Assembly (NCBI GenBank): GCA_963711895.1
Contig: CAVQFU010000007.1
Location: 547,827-611,826 of the forward strand
Origin: an uncultured Acidobacteriota bacterium
GTDB taxonomy: Bacteria; Actinomycetota; Acidimicrobiia; Spongiisociales; ZC4RG35
Direction: 5' to 3'
Length of the DNA: 64,000 bases
The notes under the pieces were generated by a model. It was not told where the DNA came from, searched no databases, and saw nothing but the letters and a program-made list of their open reading frames with translations. Positions 49,765 to 60,894 of this stretch are shown in pieces (the first letter of the stretch is position 1; each line of letters starts with the position of its first letter). The position numbers were made by a program, and so were the translations under genes.

Positions 49765-51772
49765 GTGCCCGATTTCAAGATCGTGTCCGACTTCGCCCCG
49801 GCCGGTGACCAGCCAGAGGCGATTGCAGCCCTGGCCGAGGGGATAGACAGGGGCGACCGATACCAGACCCTCCTCGGGATCACCGGATCCGGTAAGTCGG
49901 CCACCATCGCCTGGACGATCGAGCAGGTGCAGAAACCGACGCTGGTTCTGGCGCCCAACAAGGCGCTGGCAGCCCAGCTCGCCAACGAGTTCCGTCAGTT
50001 CTTCCCCCACAACCGGGTGGAGTACTTCGTCTCCTACTACGACTACTACCAGCCCGAGGCCTATCTGCCCCAGACCGACACCTACATCGAGAAGGACGCC
50101 ACGATCAACGACGAGATCGACCGCCTCCGTCACTCGGCGACGGCAGGTCTGCTGGTCCGGGACGACGTCATCATCGTGGCCTCGGTCTCGGCCATCTACG
50201 GCCTGGGCTCACCGGAGCAGTACATGGGCCAGCTCCTCCGACTGGTCCAGGGGGTCGAGTACCCCATGAAGGATGCGATTCAGCGTCTGGTCAACATCCA
50301 ATACGAGCGCAACGAGGTCAACCTGATCCGCGGCAAGTTCCGGGTGAAGGGCGACACGCTCGAGGTGTTCCCTTCATACGAGGAGACCATCGTCAGGGTG
50401 CAATTCTGGGGCGACGAGGTGGAGCGCATCATCAGGCTGAATCCGGTGACCGGTGAGGTGGTCGAGGAGCTGTCCGAGTTGTTCGTCTTCCCCGCCACTC
50501 ACTACGTCACCGAGCGGGAACGCATGCTGAAGGCGATCACCACGATCGAGGCGGAGCTCAAGAATCGTCTCGCCGAACTGGAGGGCAACGGCAAGATGCT
50601 GGAGGCGCAGCGTCTCCGGATGCGGACCAACTACGACCTGGAGATGATGCGTGAGGTCGGGTTCTGCTCGGGGATCGAGAACTACTCACGTCACCTCGAC
50701 GGGCGTGCCGCAGGGGAGGCGCCCTACACCCTCCTCGACTACTTCCCCAAGAACTACCTCACGATCATCGACGAGTCGCATGTGACCGTGCCCCAGATCG
50801 GCGGACAGTACGAGGGTGATCACTCCCGGAAGGAGGTCCTGGTCGAGCATGGTTTCCGCCTCCCTTCGGCCAAGGACAATCGTCCGCTTCGCTTCGACGA
50901 GTGGCTGGAGAAGGCAAATCAGGTCGTGTTCCTCTCCGCGACGCCGTCGAACTTCGAGATCTCCCACTCGACCCAGGTGGTCGAGCAGATCATCCGTCCC
51001 ACCGGTCTCATCGACCCCGAAGTGATGATTCGTCCCACGAAGGGCCAGATCGACGACCTGCTCCATGAGATCAGAGAGCGTGCCCTCCGGGAGCAGAGGG
51101 TGCTGGTGACCACTCTCACCAAGAAGATGGCCGAGGACCTGACCGACTACCTGCTGGAGATGGGAGTCCGGGCTCGGTACATGCACTCCGAGATCGACAC
51201 TCTGGAGCGGGTGCAGATCATGCGTGAGCTTCGACTCGGCGATTTCGACGTCCTGGTCGGGATCAACCTCCTTCGCGAGGGTCTCGACCTGCCCGAGGTG
51301 TCGCTGGTTGCGATCCTCGACGCCGACAAGGAGGGCTTTCTCCGCTCGGAGACCTCACTGATCCAGATCATCGGTCGGGCGGCTCGAAATGTCGACGGTC
51401 AGGTGGTCATGTACGCCGACAACGTGACCGAATCGATGAAGCGGGCGATCAACGAGACCAACCGCCGGCGCCGGGCGCAGACGGAGTGGAACACGGAGCA
51501 CGGAATCGACCCGCAGACGGTGAGAAAACGAGTGTCCGACATACTCGAATTGGTTCAGTCGGAGGCCCCGAAGGGCGATAGAAGAAGGCGGGAGGTCGAG
51601 CCGCGGAGGCCGATCGATCTCGAGGGTGACGACCTGACCAGGCTCATCATGAGTCTGGAGGACGAGATGCATGAGGCTGCCAAGGAACTGCAGATTCGAA
51701 TATGCCGCGCGTCTTCGCGACGAGGTCAACGAGCTCAGACGCGAGTTACGCGAGGTGGCCGAAGCAGGGTGA
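49765..51772 (+). CDS. uvrB: Excinuclease ABC subunit B; one frameshift as assembled (51694)
   Basis: [18 protein letters not shown], helicase motifs and VTESMKRAI. The C-terminal UVR motif [25 protein letters not shown] is recovered in the next frame after removal of the extra A at 51694. Confidence 0.95.
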
Positions 51773-52013
51773 CCTCGAGTTCGCTGCGTTAGGTAGCGGA
51801 GCGCACACCAGTGGGGGGAAAGGCAAGCAGAAGGCGCGAGGAGCTCTTCTGTCACCTTGTCTCGGCTGTCGGCGGCGTTGAACACCGGTCGATCGGCTCG
51901 CCTTTGGTGCTCCAATCAAACGCGGAGGCCAGGACGAGAGCTGCGACAGTCAACGGAGAAGCCAGGTTGCAGCTCTTGGGAGCGTGCTCGGCCGCAGTCG
52001 ACGAGCACTTGGA

Positions 52014-53112
52014 GTGCGGTTGAGCAGGGCTGCTCAAGGTCTGGAGCCGAGGACCCGCGAACGAATCCCGGGTCTCGATGGGGTCCGTGGCATGGCGGTG
52101 ATCCTCGTCGTTGTCTCGCACGCCGGGATCGGGGTGATGGACTCGGGTGGCAGGGTTGGAGTCACGCTCTTCTTCTCTGGTCCTGTCCGGGGTACCTGAT
52201 AACGCGCCTCCTTGTCGACGAGCACGACCGGACGGGATCGATACGACTCGGTGCCTTCTGAATGGCGGCGAGCTCTGCGACTACTGCCCGCGCTGTTCGT
52301 TTACCTGACGGGGCTCGCCCTCCTGGTGTGGTGGAGGCAGCTGGCACTTCCCGTGTGGGAGATGACCTGGCCCCCCGCCTTGTACGTCGCCAACTACGTG
52401 CAGTTGGCGGGCGGTGAGATGTATGCCCATGCCCATACCTGGAGCCTTGCGGTCGAGGAGCATTTCTATCTGCTCTGGCCGTTGCTCATTCTGGCCGGCG
52501 CAGTTCGTAGGGTGCGCCCACTCGTGATAGGGGTGAGCCTCCTCCTGACCTGGCGGCTGGCGATGGGGGTGATGAATCCGACGTGGGCGTTGATCTCATC
52601 TGACGCGAATGCCTACGCTGCCGGGTTTGGATGCCTTATCGCCGTCCTGGAGGCGCGGGATCGACTCCCGTCATTGCCTCGTTCCAGCGCAACAGTCGCG
52701 ATTTGCTCGCTGCTGCTCCTCAGCATGGTCCCGACCGAGGGTGGTTCTGCGGTGTGGCTACCTCCGGTCTCTGGCCCTCTTGTCGGCAATTGCCATCCTT
52801 GGCGTGCTCAAAGGTGAACATACCTACCTACGATCGAATGTCCTGGGGTGGTTCGGGACCATCTCCTATGCCCTCTATCTGTGGCATTTGCCACTCATGC
52901 GGCTTCCCGGGCTCAGCGAGACGGCGATCCTGCGCCTATGTGCTGCCGTGATCGCCGTCGCAGTCGCCTGGTGCTCCTGGATCCTGGTGGAGCGCCCGAT
53001 CATGCAGGGAAGACTGCGAGCGCGGATGCTGCAGATAGGCAGAGTCGACGAAACGTCGGCGGCGACAGGCAACACGAAGGATGCGTGGCTGTCTGATCTT
53101 CACCGGAACTGA
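52014..53112 (+). CDS. Acyltransferase family 3 (OafA/YrhL-like) membrane protein; about four frameshifts as assembled (52179, 52192, 52259, near 52750)
   Basis: AT3 motifs are spread over three frames: RIPGLDGVRGMAVILVVVSH, TLFF.VLSGYLITRLL, RRALRLLPALFVYL, HTWSLAVEEHFYLLWPLL, ISYALYLWHLPL. The start is uncertain. Confidence 0.7.
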
Positions 53113-53353
53113 GCTCGTTGGACAGCCGACAGAGAGGAGTCCATGACGTTCACGTCGGTGTCCAACCGAGGGCGGCGGTTTCCGGTCGAGCCTTCGGTCA
53201 CTGGTCAGCCGAAGTCTGGACTTTATTTCGTCATGCCTCGGGGATCGTGTAGCCGGTCACAGTGCCCCCCGCGATCCTGATTCCAAAGAACGAGAATCTG
53301 AGCGTGCCCAGAGGGTCACATGGCTCACCGTGGACCCTCGCAGCGCGAGAACA

Positions 53354-53539
53354 TCAGAGCTCGGCGGAGGTCTCCTGAGGCTGTGCCTCGGTGCCACGGA
53401 TCTTCGCCCATGCGGTATTGACGGCCTTTCGGATGTACTGGTAACCCAGACCGGCTACGGCGGCGGCTCCCAGGAGAATCTGGAATAGGGCGCTCCCGGT
53501 TACCGGGTCTAGATATGCGAAAACGAGTCGGGTCATCAT
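53354..53539 (-). CDS. 61-aa single-TM protein translationally coupled to sulfatase-like paralogue A
   Basis: ATGATG overlaps the upstream TGA (AATGATGA). MMTRLVFAYLDPVTGSALFQILLGAAAVAGLGYQYI... No family recognised. Confidence 0.45.
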   Translation of the reverse strand: MMTRLVFAYLDPVTGSALFQILLGAAAVAGLGYQYIRKAVNTAWAKIRGTEAQPQETSAEL

Positions 53540-55155
53540 TGTTCCTTCGTGAGTGTCGATAGAGAGTCGGCAGCGATGTCGGGATCCTTTAGCTCTTCCA
53601 CCGGACCACCGTAAGTGGCGATGAAATACCTCTTGTCCAGGAGGTCCATTGGTGATTCGGTGAGACATCCGATCAGCATTCTGAAGGTGTTCACGAGTTG
53701 GTGATCTTCAGATGGCTGCTGACAGTGGGCCGGAAAGCGAATAGCGCTGAAAATGGAAAATCGCTCCAAAATCTGTTCCGGCCGCGGCTCAGACAGAGGC
53801 GACAAAGGCTGGAATGAGTCAGGTCCGTGGTCGGCAGTGATCACGACCGCCGCCTCGGGGTCGAGATCCGGTATCAACTGCTCGATCGCCCGGTTTGCGC
53901 ATTCGATCTGTGCGACGTAGGCCTGGCGCCTGATAGCCAGCTCTGAGTCCGAGTATTCGCCACGACTGACGTTTCGCCCGTCCAGTAGGGGGGTCGGATG
54001 TGGCTGACATGTCGCGTCGAGGTGCAGCGGTGGGTGGGGGAGGACGAGATGCAGGAACGTGAAGGTGGGCTCTTCGATGTCGCCCTGGAACTCATCCCAG
54101 TTGCTGAGTTGCTCGAGTCTGGCCAAGTTCAGGGCAGTTGTGGGATCGCCGGACCCCGGATAGAGAAACGGGCCCACGGCCGTCCCCGCCAACAAGGCGT
54201 CACCCGTGACATCGATGACTGGTCCCGGCTCACAGCGATCCACCGCCGACCCGCACGTGTTCAACCAATGATCGGTATCGCCATGGATGTAGGTGTACCC
54301 GTTCGACTTGAGGAGTTCGACGAACTCGTTGTCGCCTGAGATGGCATCAGTGAGCATGTCGAGATCCGAATTCGAGATCTCGGACCCTGGCTGGGCCAGA
54401 TACTCCATCTCGAGCATCGATGTGATCGAGAAATGGGTTGATCCGTAGTTGGCGTTCGCGGAATCTGGAACTGTGAAACCCTCATCGGCGAGATAGCTGA
54501 GGAAGTCGGCGTTGTCGTACCCGTAAACGGTCTGCAGAACGTCATTTCGGGCATAGGCATCGAGGACGACGAACACGATGTCGGGGGTTTGCGACATCTC
54601 TCCTACCGGGACGTCTTGATGTGTGCTCACGATCGGATCCGGAGTGGTGAGCCGCGAGTGGGCCATCATGAGCAGGAGGGTGCCAGACAGCGTGACGCCC
54701 ACGGCGAACACAACCACACGGAACAGGCGACGGTCCGCATAGCGCGTCACCGCGGCGAGACACAGGGCGAAGAGCGAGATTGAGGCCAGCCAGTCGGGCA
54801 CTGGCCCAATTCCTGACAAACCACCCCAGTGCCAGAAAAATAGGACGGCAACGGAGGTCCAGGCCAGTGCCTTCCATCCCGACCGGGCCAGTTTTCTCGC
54901 CACGAGGTACACGACGAAAGAAGCGAAGGCAACGGCAAATCCAACAATGGTGGCGCTGCCAACCCCGATCATTGCCTGCTGTGGCCCACTGATCACGGCA
55001 AGGGGAATGTGGAACGACAAAGCGCACAGCTGGAGCAAGACCCAGATCCACGCGGGACCGATCGAATCTGCCGTCGACCTGGCTGATCTGATCTCGAGCG
55101 TCTCTTTGGCGGAGACGACATCCGATGGCCTTGCCCTCGGCTCGGCGATGCTCAT
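53536..55155 (-). CDS. Membrane-anchored sulfatase/LtaS-like protein, paralogue A (intact)
   Basis: ATG at 55155 inside the 917-aa ORF (ATGA overlap with the paralogue B stop). Five TM helices, then TPDIVFVVLDAYARND, DSANANYGSTHFS, FLHLVLPHPPLHLD and VVITADHGPDS. Confidence 0.7.
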   Translation of the reverse strand: MSIAEPRARPSDVVSAKETLEIRSARSTADSIGPAWIWVLLQLCALSFHIPLAVISGPQQAMIGVGSATIVGFAVAFASFVVYLVARKLARSGWKALAWTSVAVLFFWHWGGLSGIGPVPDWLASISLFALCLAAVTRYADRRLFRVVVFAVGVTLSGTLLLMMAHSRLTTPDPIVSTHQDVPVGEMSQTPDIVFVVLDAYARNDVLQTVYGYDNADFLSYLADEGFTVPDSANANYGSTHFSITSMLEMEYLAQPGSEISNSDLDMLTDAISGDNEFVELLKSNGYTYIHGDTDHWLNTCGSAVDRCEPGPVIDVTGDALLAGTAVGPFLYPGSGDPTTALNLARLEQLSNWDEFQGDIEEPTFTFLHLVLPHPPLHLDATCQPHPTPLLDGRNVSRGEYSDSELAIRRQAYVAQIECANRAIEQLIPDLDPEAAVVITADHGPDSFQPLSPLSEPRPEQILERFSIFSAIRFPAHCQQPSEDHQLVNTFRMLIGCLTESPMDLLDKRYFIATYGGPVEELKDPDIAADSLSTLTKEQ

Positions 55156-56758
55156 AGGTTGGCGCCATCCGGGTCGATGATCGGGAGCAAAGGTCCCTGT
55201 AGGTTCGAGGTGCTGTACCTGGGCTCCAACAGAGGTAAGGCATCCGTTTCGTAGACGCACTGCAGAACGATCCGGAAGATGTTGACAGCTTGGATGTTCT
55301 CGTCGTTGGGGTTCTCGCAGCCTTGGGGAAACCGAATCGCGGCGAGCGTCCCCGAACCGCTCTCGCGGCTGCTCCTGTGCCCAGATCCGCGGATCCGGAG
55401 CAAGAGACCCGAAGGAGTCAGGCCCGTGGTCAGAAGCCACCACGATGATGTCATCGTCGTCGACGTGATCCATGAGGCTCATCACGGCCGAGTTGGCACA
55501 GGCAATCTGGTCCACGTAGGCCTCTTTACGGAGGTCAACGACACCTGCTGATGTCGTATCGCCACGCATCGCCTGGCCGCCGAGATTGGGTTGGATCCGT
55601 GGCCGGCAGTTGGCGTCGAGGAACAGTGGCGGATGGGGGATAGCTAGATGCAGATATGTGAAGCTCGGCCCGCTTCCCACAGGCGCTGACACGGTATCCC
55701 AGGCTTCTAGCTGATCGATCCGTTCCAGGTTGAGCGAAGTCGACGGGTCACCCACACCTGGATAAAGGAAGGGACCCACGGGCGTTCGAGTCAGGAGCGC
55801 AAAAGCGGTTTGATCGATCCTGGGTCCGCTCAGGCAGAGGTCGGCAAATTCAGAACATCGGTTCAGCCAGTTGTCCGCAGCACCGTGGATGTACTCGTAG
55901 CCGTCCGCCTTCAGCCGCCGCACTACTGGGTTATCGCCGGAAACCACAGACGCAAGCATCTCCAGGTCGGAGTTGTCGATGGTGCCGTCCGAAAAGTTGA
56001 GGTAATCCATGTTGAGGATCGATGCCATTGACGTGTGGGTCGCCGTGTAATTGGCATTTGCGGAGTCGGCGACCTCGAATCCGGCCTCCTCGAGACCTCC
56101 TATGAACGATTCGTTGTCGTACCCGTACTCCTCCAACAACGTGTCTTGTCGCGGATACGCATCCAGCACGACGAAGACAATGTCCGGTGTCCGCACAGGG
56201 AGGCCCAGTTGTGGTGCCGCGAACAGGCGAGATCGACGTCGAGGGCTCGTTGATTCGATCGGCCGTGTTAAGGAACGCCATTGTCGCAAGGAGGGTCACG
56301 CTGATCGCAAACATTGCTCGACGAAACAGCGGTCTTTCCGCGATCCGCCTGAGTGTTATGCCAACCAAAAGCAGGATCAGGGTGGGAAGGAGCCACGAGA
56401 CCGCCCACCCTTGTGATCCCCAGGCTCCCCATTGCCAAAAGAATACAAGGCATGCTGAGCTCCAAGCGAGGGCAGTCCACTTTGATGCGCTACGACCGAG
56501 AACGAGGAACAGCGCAATTCCCAGCAAGGTCACCAATGCAGCCACTATCAGAGACGAGAATTGGTCGGTAAGAGCGCGTTGGGGCCCGGTGAGCCGGCTC
56601 AGCGGCACGAACGAAGCCAAGGCGCACAATTGGAGCCCTGCCCACCACCACGGAGGGCCCGGTAGAAGCGTGTTGCCAGCTGACGGAGTATCGACTTCGG
56701 TGGTTTCGGTCGAATCGTTCGTGTCGTCGCTAACTGCGACCGTCATCGAAGTGGACAT
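55152..56758 (-). CDS. Membrane-anchored sulfatase/LtaS-like protein, paralogue B; two frameshifts (near 56222, 55352)
   Basis: N-terminal TM domain in ORF 55931..56758, catalytic domain in the upstream half of ORF 53536..56289 (TPDIVFVVLDAYPRQD, DSANANYTATHTS, YLHLAIPHPPLFLD, VVASDHGPDS), and the C-terminal 80 aa in ORF 55152..55454. Confidence 0.7.
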
Positions 56759-56761
56759 GCC

Positions 56762-58329
56762 CTACCCGGTCCCGTCGGGATCGATCAGCTGGATGATCGG
56801 CCCGCCGAAACTGGAAGCTCGATACTCGGGCTCCAACATCGGGAAGCTCGGCACTCGGGTACACACAGTTGAAGACCACACGAAACACGTTCACGAGCTG
56901 CAGGTTGGGATCGAGCGGCGTGGAGCACGACGATGGCAGCTTTACGGCGGTCATCGTCGCAAGCCTTTCGTGAATCTGTTCCTGGGACCAAGTCGCCGGA
57001 TCAGCGTTGAGAAGTCCGTGCGAGTCCGGCCCGTGGTCTGCCGTTATGACCACGATCTCGTCGCCTTCGAGTTGACCGAGGAATGCCAAGACCGTCGAGT
57101 TGGCACACTCGATTTGGTCGATGTATGCATTCTTACGGAGCTCGACTATCTCCGGAGACATGGAAAGGAAGTTGATCAATTGTCCACCCAGGTTGTGGTG
57201 CACGCGTGGTTCGCACTTGGAATCGAGGAACAGCGGGGGATGAGGCAGTCCGAGGTGGAGGTAGGTGAAAGTTGGGCGATCTCCTGCCTCGGCCGACCAC
57301 GAGTCCCAGTTTCGCAACTGATCAATTCGCTGCCGATTGAGCGCAGTGGTCGGGTCGCCCGAGGTTGGATGGAGTAGAGGCCCGACCGGGGTCTGGACAA
57401 TAGGGCGAACGTGGTCTGGTCGATGGCTGGGCCGGGTAAGCAGAGATCCGCGACATCAGAGCAATGGTTCAGCCAGTTGTCCGCGCTGCCGTGCACATAG
57501 GCATATCCAGCTTTCCGGAACGAGTCGACCACGGGGTTGGCGCCCGAAGTCATTGACTCCAGCAGACGTAGGTCTGAGTGCCCGATTTCGCCCCGTGGGC
57601 TATCGAGATAGCCCATGCTGAGCAGCGAGGGCATCGACAGGTGGGTCATGGTGTAGTTCGCGTTTGCGGAGTCGGCCACCTCGAAACCGGATTCCCCGAG
57701 GGTCGATAGGAAGTCGCTGTTGTCGAACGAGAAGTCGTCCTGAAGGACATCAGCGCGCGCATACGAGTCCAGGACCACGAGTACCACGTCCGGGGTGTGC
57801 ATCGGAGTGCCGAGCTCGGGGATTCCCGCCACCTGCAATGACGGTGGAGCTGCGTTGGCTACGTCGACCCCAACGAGCATTAATGCTGTGCCACTCAGAG
57901 TCACGCTGGCAATGAGCGACCGCCCTCCGAAAAAGCCGATGGTCTGCGATTCGGCGCACCGCCATCAGAACAACAACGAGCAGAGCCGTCGAAACCACCC
58001 AGGAGACGAGGGTCCCTCCCGAGGACCAGGCGCCCCACTGCCAGAAAAAGATCAGACAGGTCGATGCCAGGGCGAGGGCTCTCCAGTCAGTCTTCGCGAA
58101 CCGGCTGAAGATCAGAAAGAGAAGAATTCCAACGACGGTGATTGCCGCGCCGACCAACAAGGCAGAGACCGGGTTGGTCAATGCACGTTGTGGGCCCGAG
58201 AGGCGGCTCAGGGGCACGAAGAACGCCAGGGAAGCAAGCTGTAGTCCGGCCCACCACCATGTAGGCCCACTGACCACCAGGGGCTCGGGGGCGCGTGGAA
58301 ACCTGCACTTCTGTCATTGAAAGGGACAT
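56762..58329 (-). CDS. Membrane-anchored sulfatase/LtaS-like protein, paralogue C; four frameshifts (near 58289, 57914, 57390, 56807)
   Basis: The start MSLSMTEV is homologous to MSTSMTV of paralogue B. The pieces lie in ORFs 58087..58368, 57750..58277, 57176..57904 and 56730..57317 (TPDVVLVVLDSYARAD, DSANANYTMTHLS, YLHLGLPHPPLFLD, VVITADHGPDS). The reconstructed end is GGPIIQLIDPDGTG*. Confidence 0.65.
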
Positions 58330-58418
58330 CGACCCACCATCTTCACGGCTCGAGTTCAGTATCGGCAATGATTCGTTCGACCTGATATGAATCGTGACGT
58401 GTCGTGGTTCCCTTGTTG

Positions 58419-59776
58419 ATGGTTCTAACCTTCAATCCGTGGATCAGGCATCACGCAGACGCCGCCGCATCGCTGGAGCGGCCCCTCGTCTACATCGCGC
58501 GATGAGCGCCGACATCCTCCATCCCGGGCACATCAACATCATCGAGGAAGCCCGAGGTAGAGGGTCGGTCGTCGTAGGTCTCCTGACCGACCAGGCGATC
58601 GCCTCATACAAGAGGGTGCCCTTGATGACTTACGACGAGCGACGAGCAGTCGTCGAGCAGATCCGGGGCGTGGAGCTGGTCGTGCCGCAGAGCACGCTCG
58701 ACTACGTGCCGAACCTGACCGAGCTCAAACCCGACTTCGTCGTGCATGGAGACGACTGGAAGGAAGGGGTGCAGGCACCCATCCGACAACTTGTGATCGA
58801 CGCGCTCGAGGCATGGGGCGGCCAATTGATCGAGCCTGCCTACACGCCCGGTATCTCGTCGACACGCGTGCAAAAGACGCTGGTCGAGATCGGCACCACC
58901 CCGGAGATCCGACGTCGCCAGCTCAAACGACTCCTGGCGGTGAAGCCCCTGGTCAGGGTCCTGGAGGCTCACAACGGTTTGTCGGGTCTGATCGTCGAGC
59001 ACGTCTCGATCGAAAATGACGCTGGCCGATCTGAAAGCTTCGACGCGATGTGGCTGTCGAGCCTCACCGATTCGACGGTTAAGGGGCGTCCCGACACCGA
59101 GTACGTCGACTTGACGTCGCGGATGACGACCATCCAGGAGATCCTCGAGGTCACCACCAAACCGATCATCTACGACGGCGACACCGGCGGAATGCCCGAC
59201 CACTTCGCCCTCAAGGTCAAGACACTGGAGCGACTCGGAGTCTCAGCCGTCGTGATCGAGGACAAGGTGGGACCGAAGCGGAACTCGTTGTTCGGTACCG
59301 AGGTCGCGCAGACCCAAGACGATCCGGTGGCGTTCGTGGAGAAGATCTCGATGGGGCAAGGCCGCGCGAGGCCACCGATGACTTCCAGATCTATGCCCGA
59401 ATCGAATCGCTGATCCTCGAGAAGGGCGTGGAGGACACGGTTCAGCGCGGTGAGGTCTACCTTGAGGGTGGTGCCGACGGCCTGTTGATCCACGCCCGGG
59501 ACAAAGACCCCGAGCGCGCTATTCGAGGTCCTTGCTCATTTCCGTGGAAGGACCCCGCTCGTGGTCGTGCCTAGCAGCTACAGCCATGTCTCCGAGGCTG
59601 AGCTCGCGGAGAACGGGGCGAACGTGGTGATCTACGCGAACCACCTTCTGCGGGCCGCATATCCGGCGATGGTGGCGACGGCCGAGTCGATCCTCAGCCA
59701 TGGCCGGGCTCATGAGGCGGATCAAACTGCCTTGCCGATCTCCGCGGCCCTTGAACTCATTCCCGGCAACAGATGA
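58419..59776 (+). CDS. Bifunctional cytidylyltransferase-PEP mutase (Fom1/PntC-Ppm-like); about four frameshifts (near 58500, 59355, 59370, 59521)
   Basis: The N-domain is a CTP-transferase fold with PLVYIA / [14 protein letters not shown] (HxGH). The C-domain is a PEP mutase with [18 protein letters not shown] and the PepM-discriminating motif [10 protein letters not shown]. The tail ([54 protein letters not shown]) is recovered in two further frames. The ATG 58419 start is tentative. Confidence 0.8.
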
Positions 59777-60894
59777 TCGACCCGGTCGAGGCGCTGCGTG
59801 TTCTGACGCAGGCGGGTATCCAGTTCTATGCGGGTGTCCCAGACTCGCTTCTCAAGGATCTGAACTCCTGCATCGCCGATCAGGTGGACGCCTCACAACA
59901 TGTGGTGGCACACAACGAGGGTGGGGCAATTGCCCTCGCTGCCGGCCACTATCTGGCGACGGGGCGGCCCGGGCTGGTCTATATGCAGAACTCGGGGCTG
60001 GGAAACGCGGTCAATCCTCTTATCTCCCTGACTTCATCGGAGGTCTATGGCATCCCCATGGTGTTGATGATCGGGTGGCGGGGCCAACCCGGCCGTCACG
60101 ACGAACCCCAGCACGCTCACCAAGGGCGTGTCACCGAGACGATGCTGGCAACCCTTGACGTGCCGGTATATCCGCTAGCTGGAGAGATGCCGGGTTGGTC
60201 CGATGTGATTGCCGAAGCAGTGGCAGATGCCGAGCGTTCTATGCGACCGACGGCCTTACTGGTGTCGTCGGGCACCTTCGCCCCCTACCAGGTCATAACC
60301 GATCCTCAACGCGATGAGCGACCCCAACGAATGGACACGATGGCGACCATCCTCGATCGCCTTCCCGAGGGGACCTGCTATATCGCCACCACTGGGTACA
60401 CCGCCCGTGCAGCTCGCTGCGCTGCGCGAAACTAGGGGCGAGTCCGGTGAACGCGACTTCCTCGGCGTGGGTTCGATGGGCCACGCCGCGTCGGTGGCGG
60501 TCGGGCTGGCACTGGCCCGAGCAGATGTCCCTGTCGTCTGTCTGGATGGTGATGGCTCGCGATGCATCATGGGGTGATGGCCCTGGTCGGAGGCCGTGGC
60601 TCCCACAATCTCGGACACATATTGCTCAACAATCGGGTTCACGAGTCGGTGGGTGGGCAGCCGACCGCACTGCTCGCGGTGCAGGCTGTGGGAGTTGCCA
60701 AGGCGTGCGGCTACAACGCCGCATTCTCATGCAGATCTCTTGAAGAGCTCGAGGCAGCCCTCGGTTCGACCAGCGATTCGGGTGGGCCATGGTTCATCGA
60801 AGTCGAAATCTCCGTTGGCACGATCGGCGACCTTCCCAGGCCAGATCGGTTCAGCTCTCGTTTGGGACACTTGAGAAATTCGATGCAGGCTTGA
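59773..60894 (+). CDS. ppd: Phosphonopyruvate decarboxylase (ThDP-dependent); two frameshifts (60409, near 60558)
   Basis: ATGA overlap with the mutase. YAGVPDSLLK, HNEGGAIALAAGHYLATG, MQNSGLGN. The ThDP motif GSMGHA...CLDGDGS...LNNRVHESVGGQPT is spread over ORFs 59773..60435, 60314..60577 and 60562..60894. Confidence 0.8.

Noticed and set aside
53536-56289. The 917-aa ORF read as a single giant double-sulfatase protein.
   Set aside because: It is paralogue A plus the frame-shifted middle of paralogue B. B has its own C-terminus and stop in another frame (55152), with an ATGA overlap onto the internal ATG 55155 that starts A.
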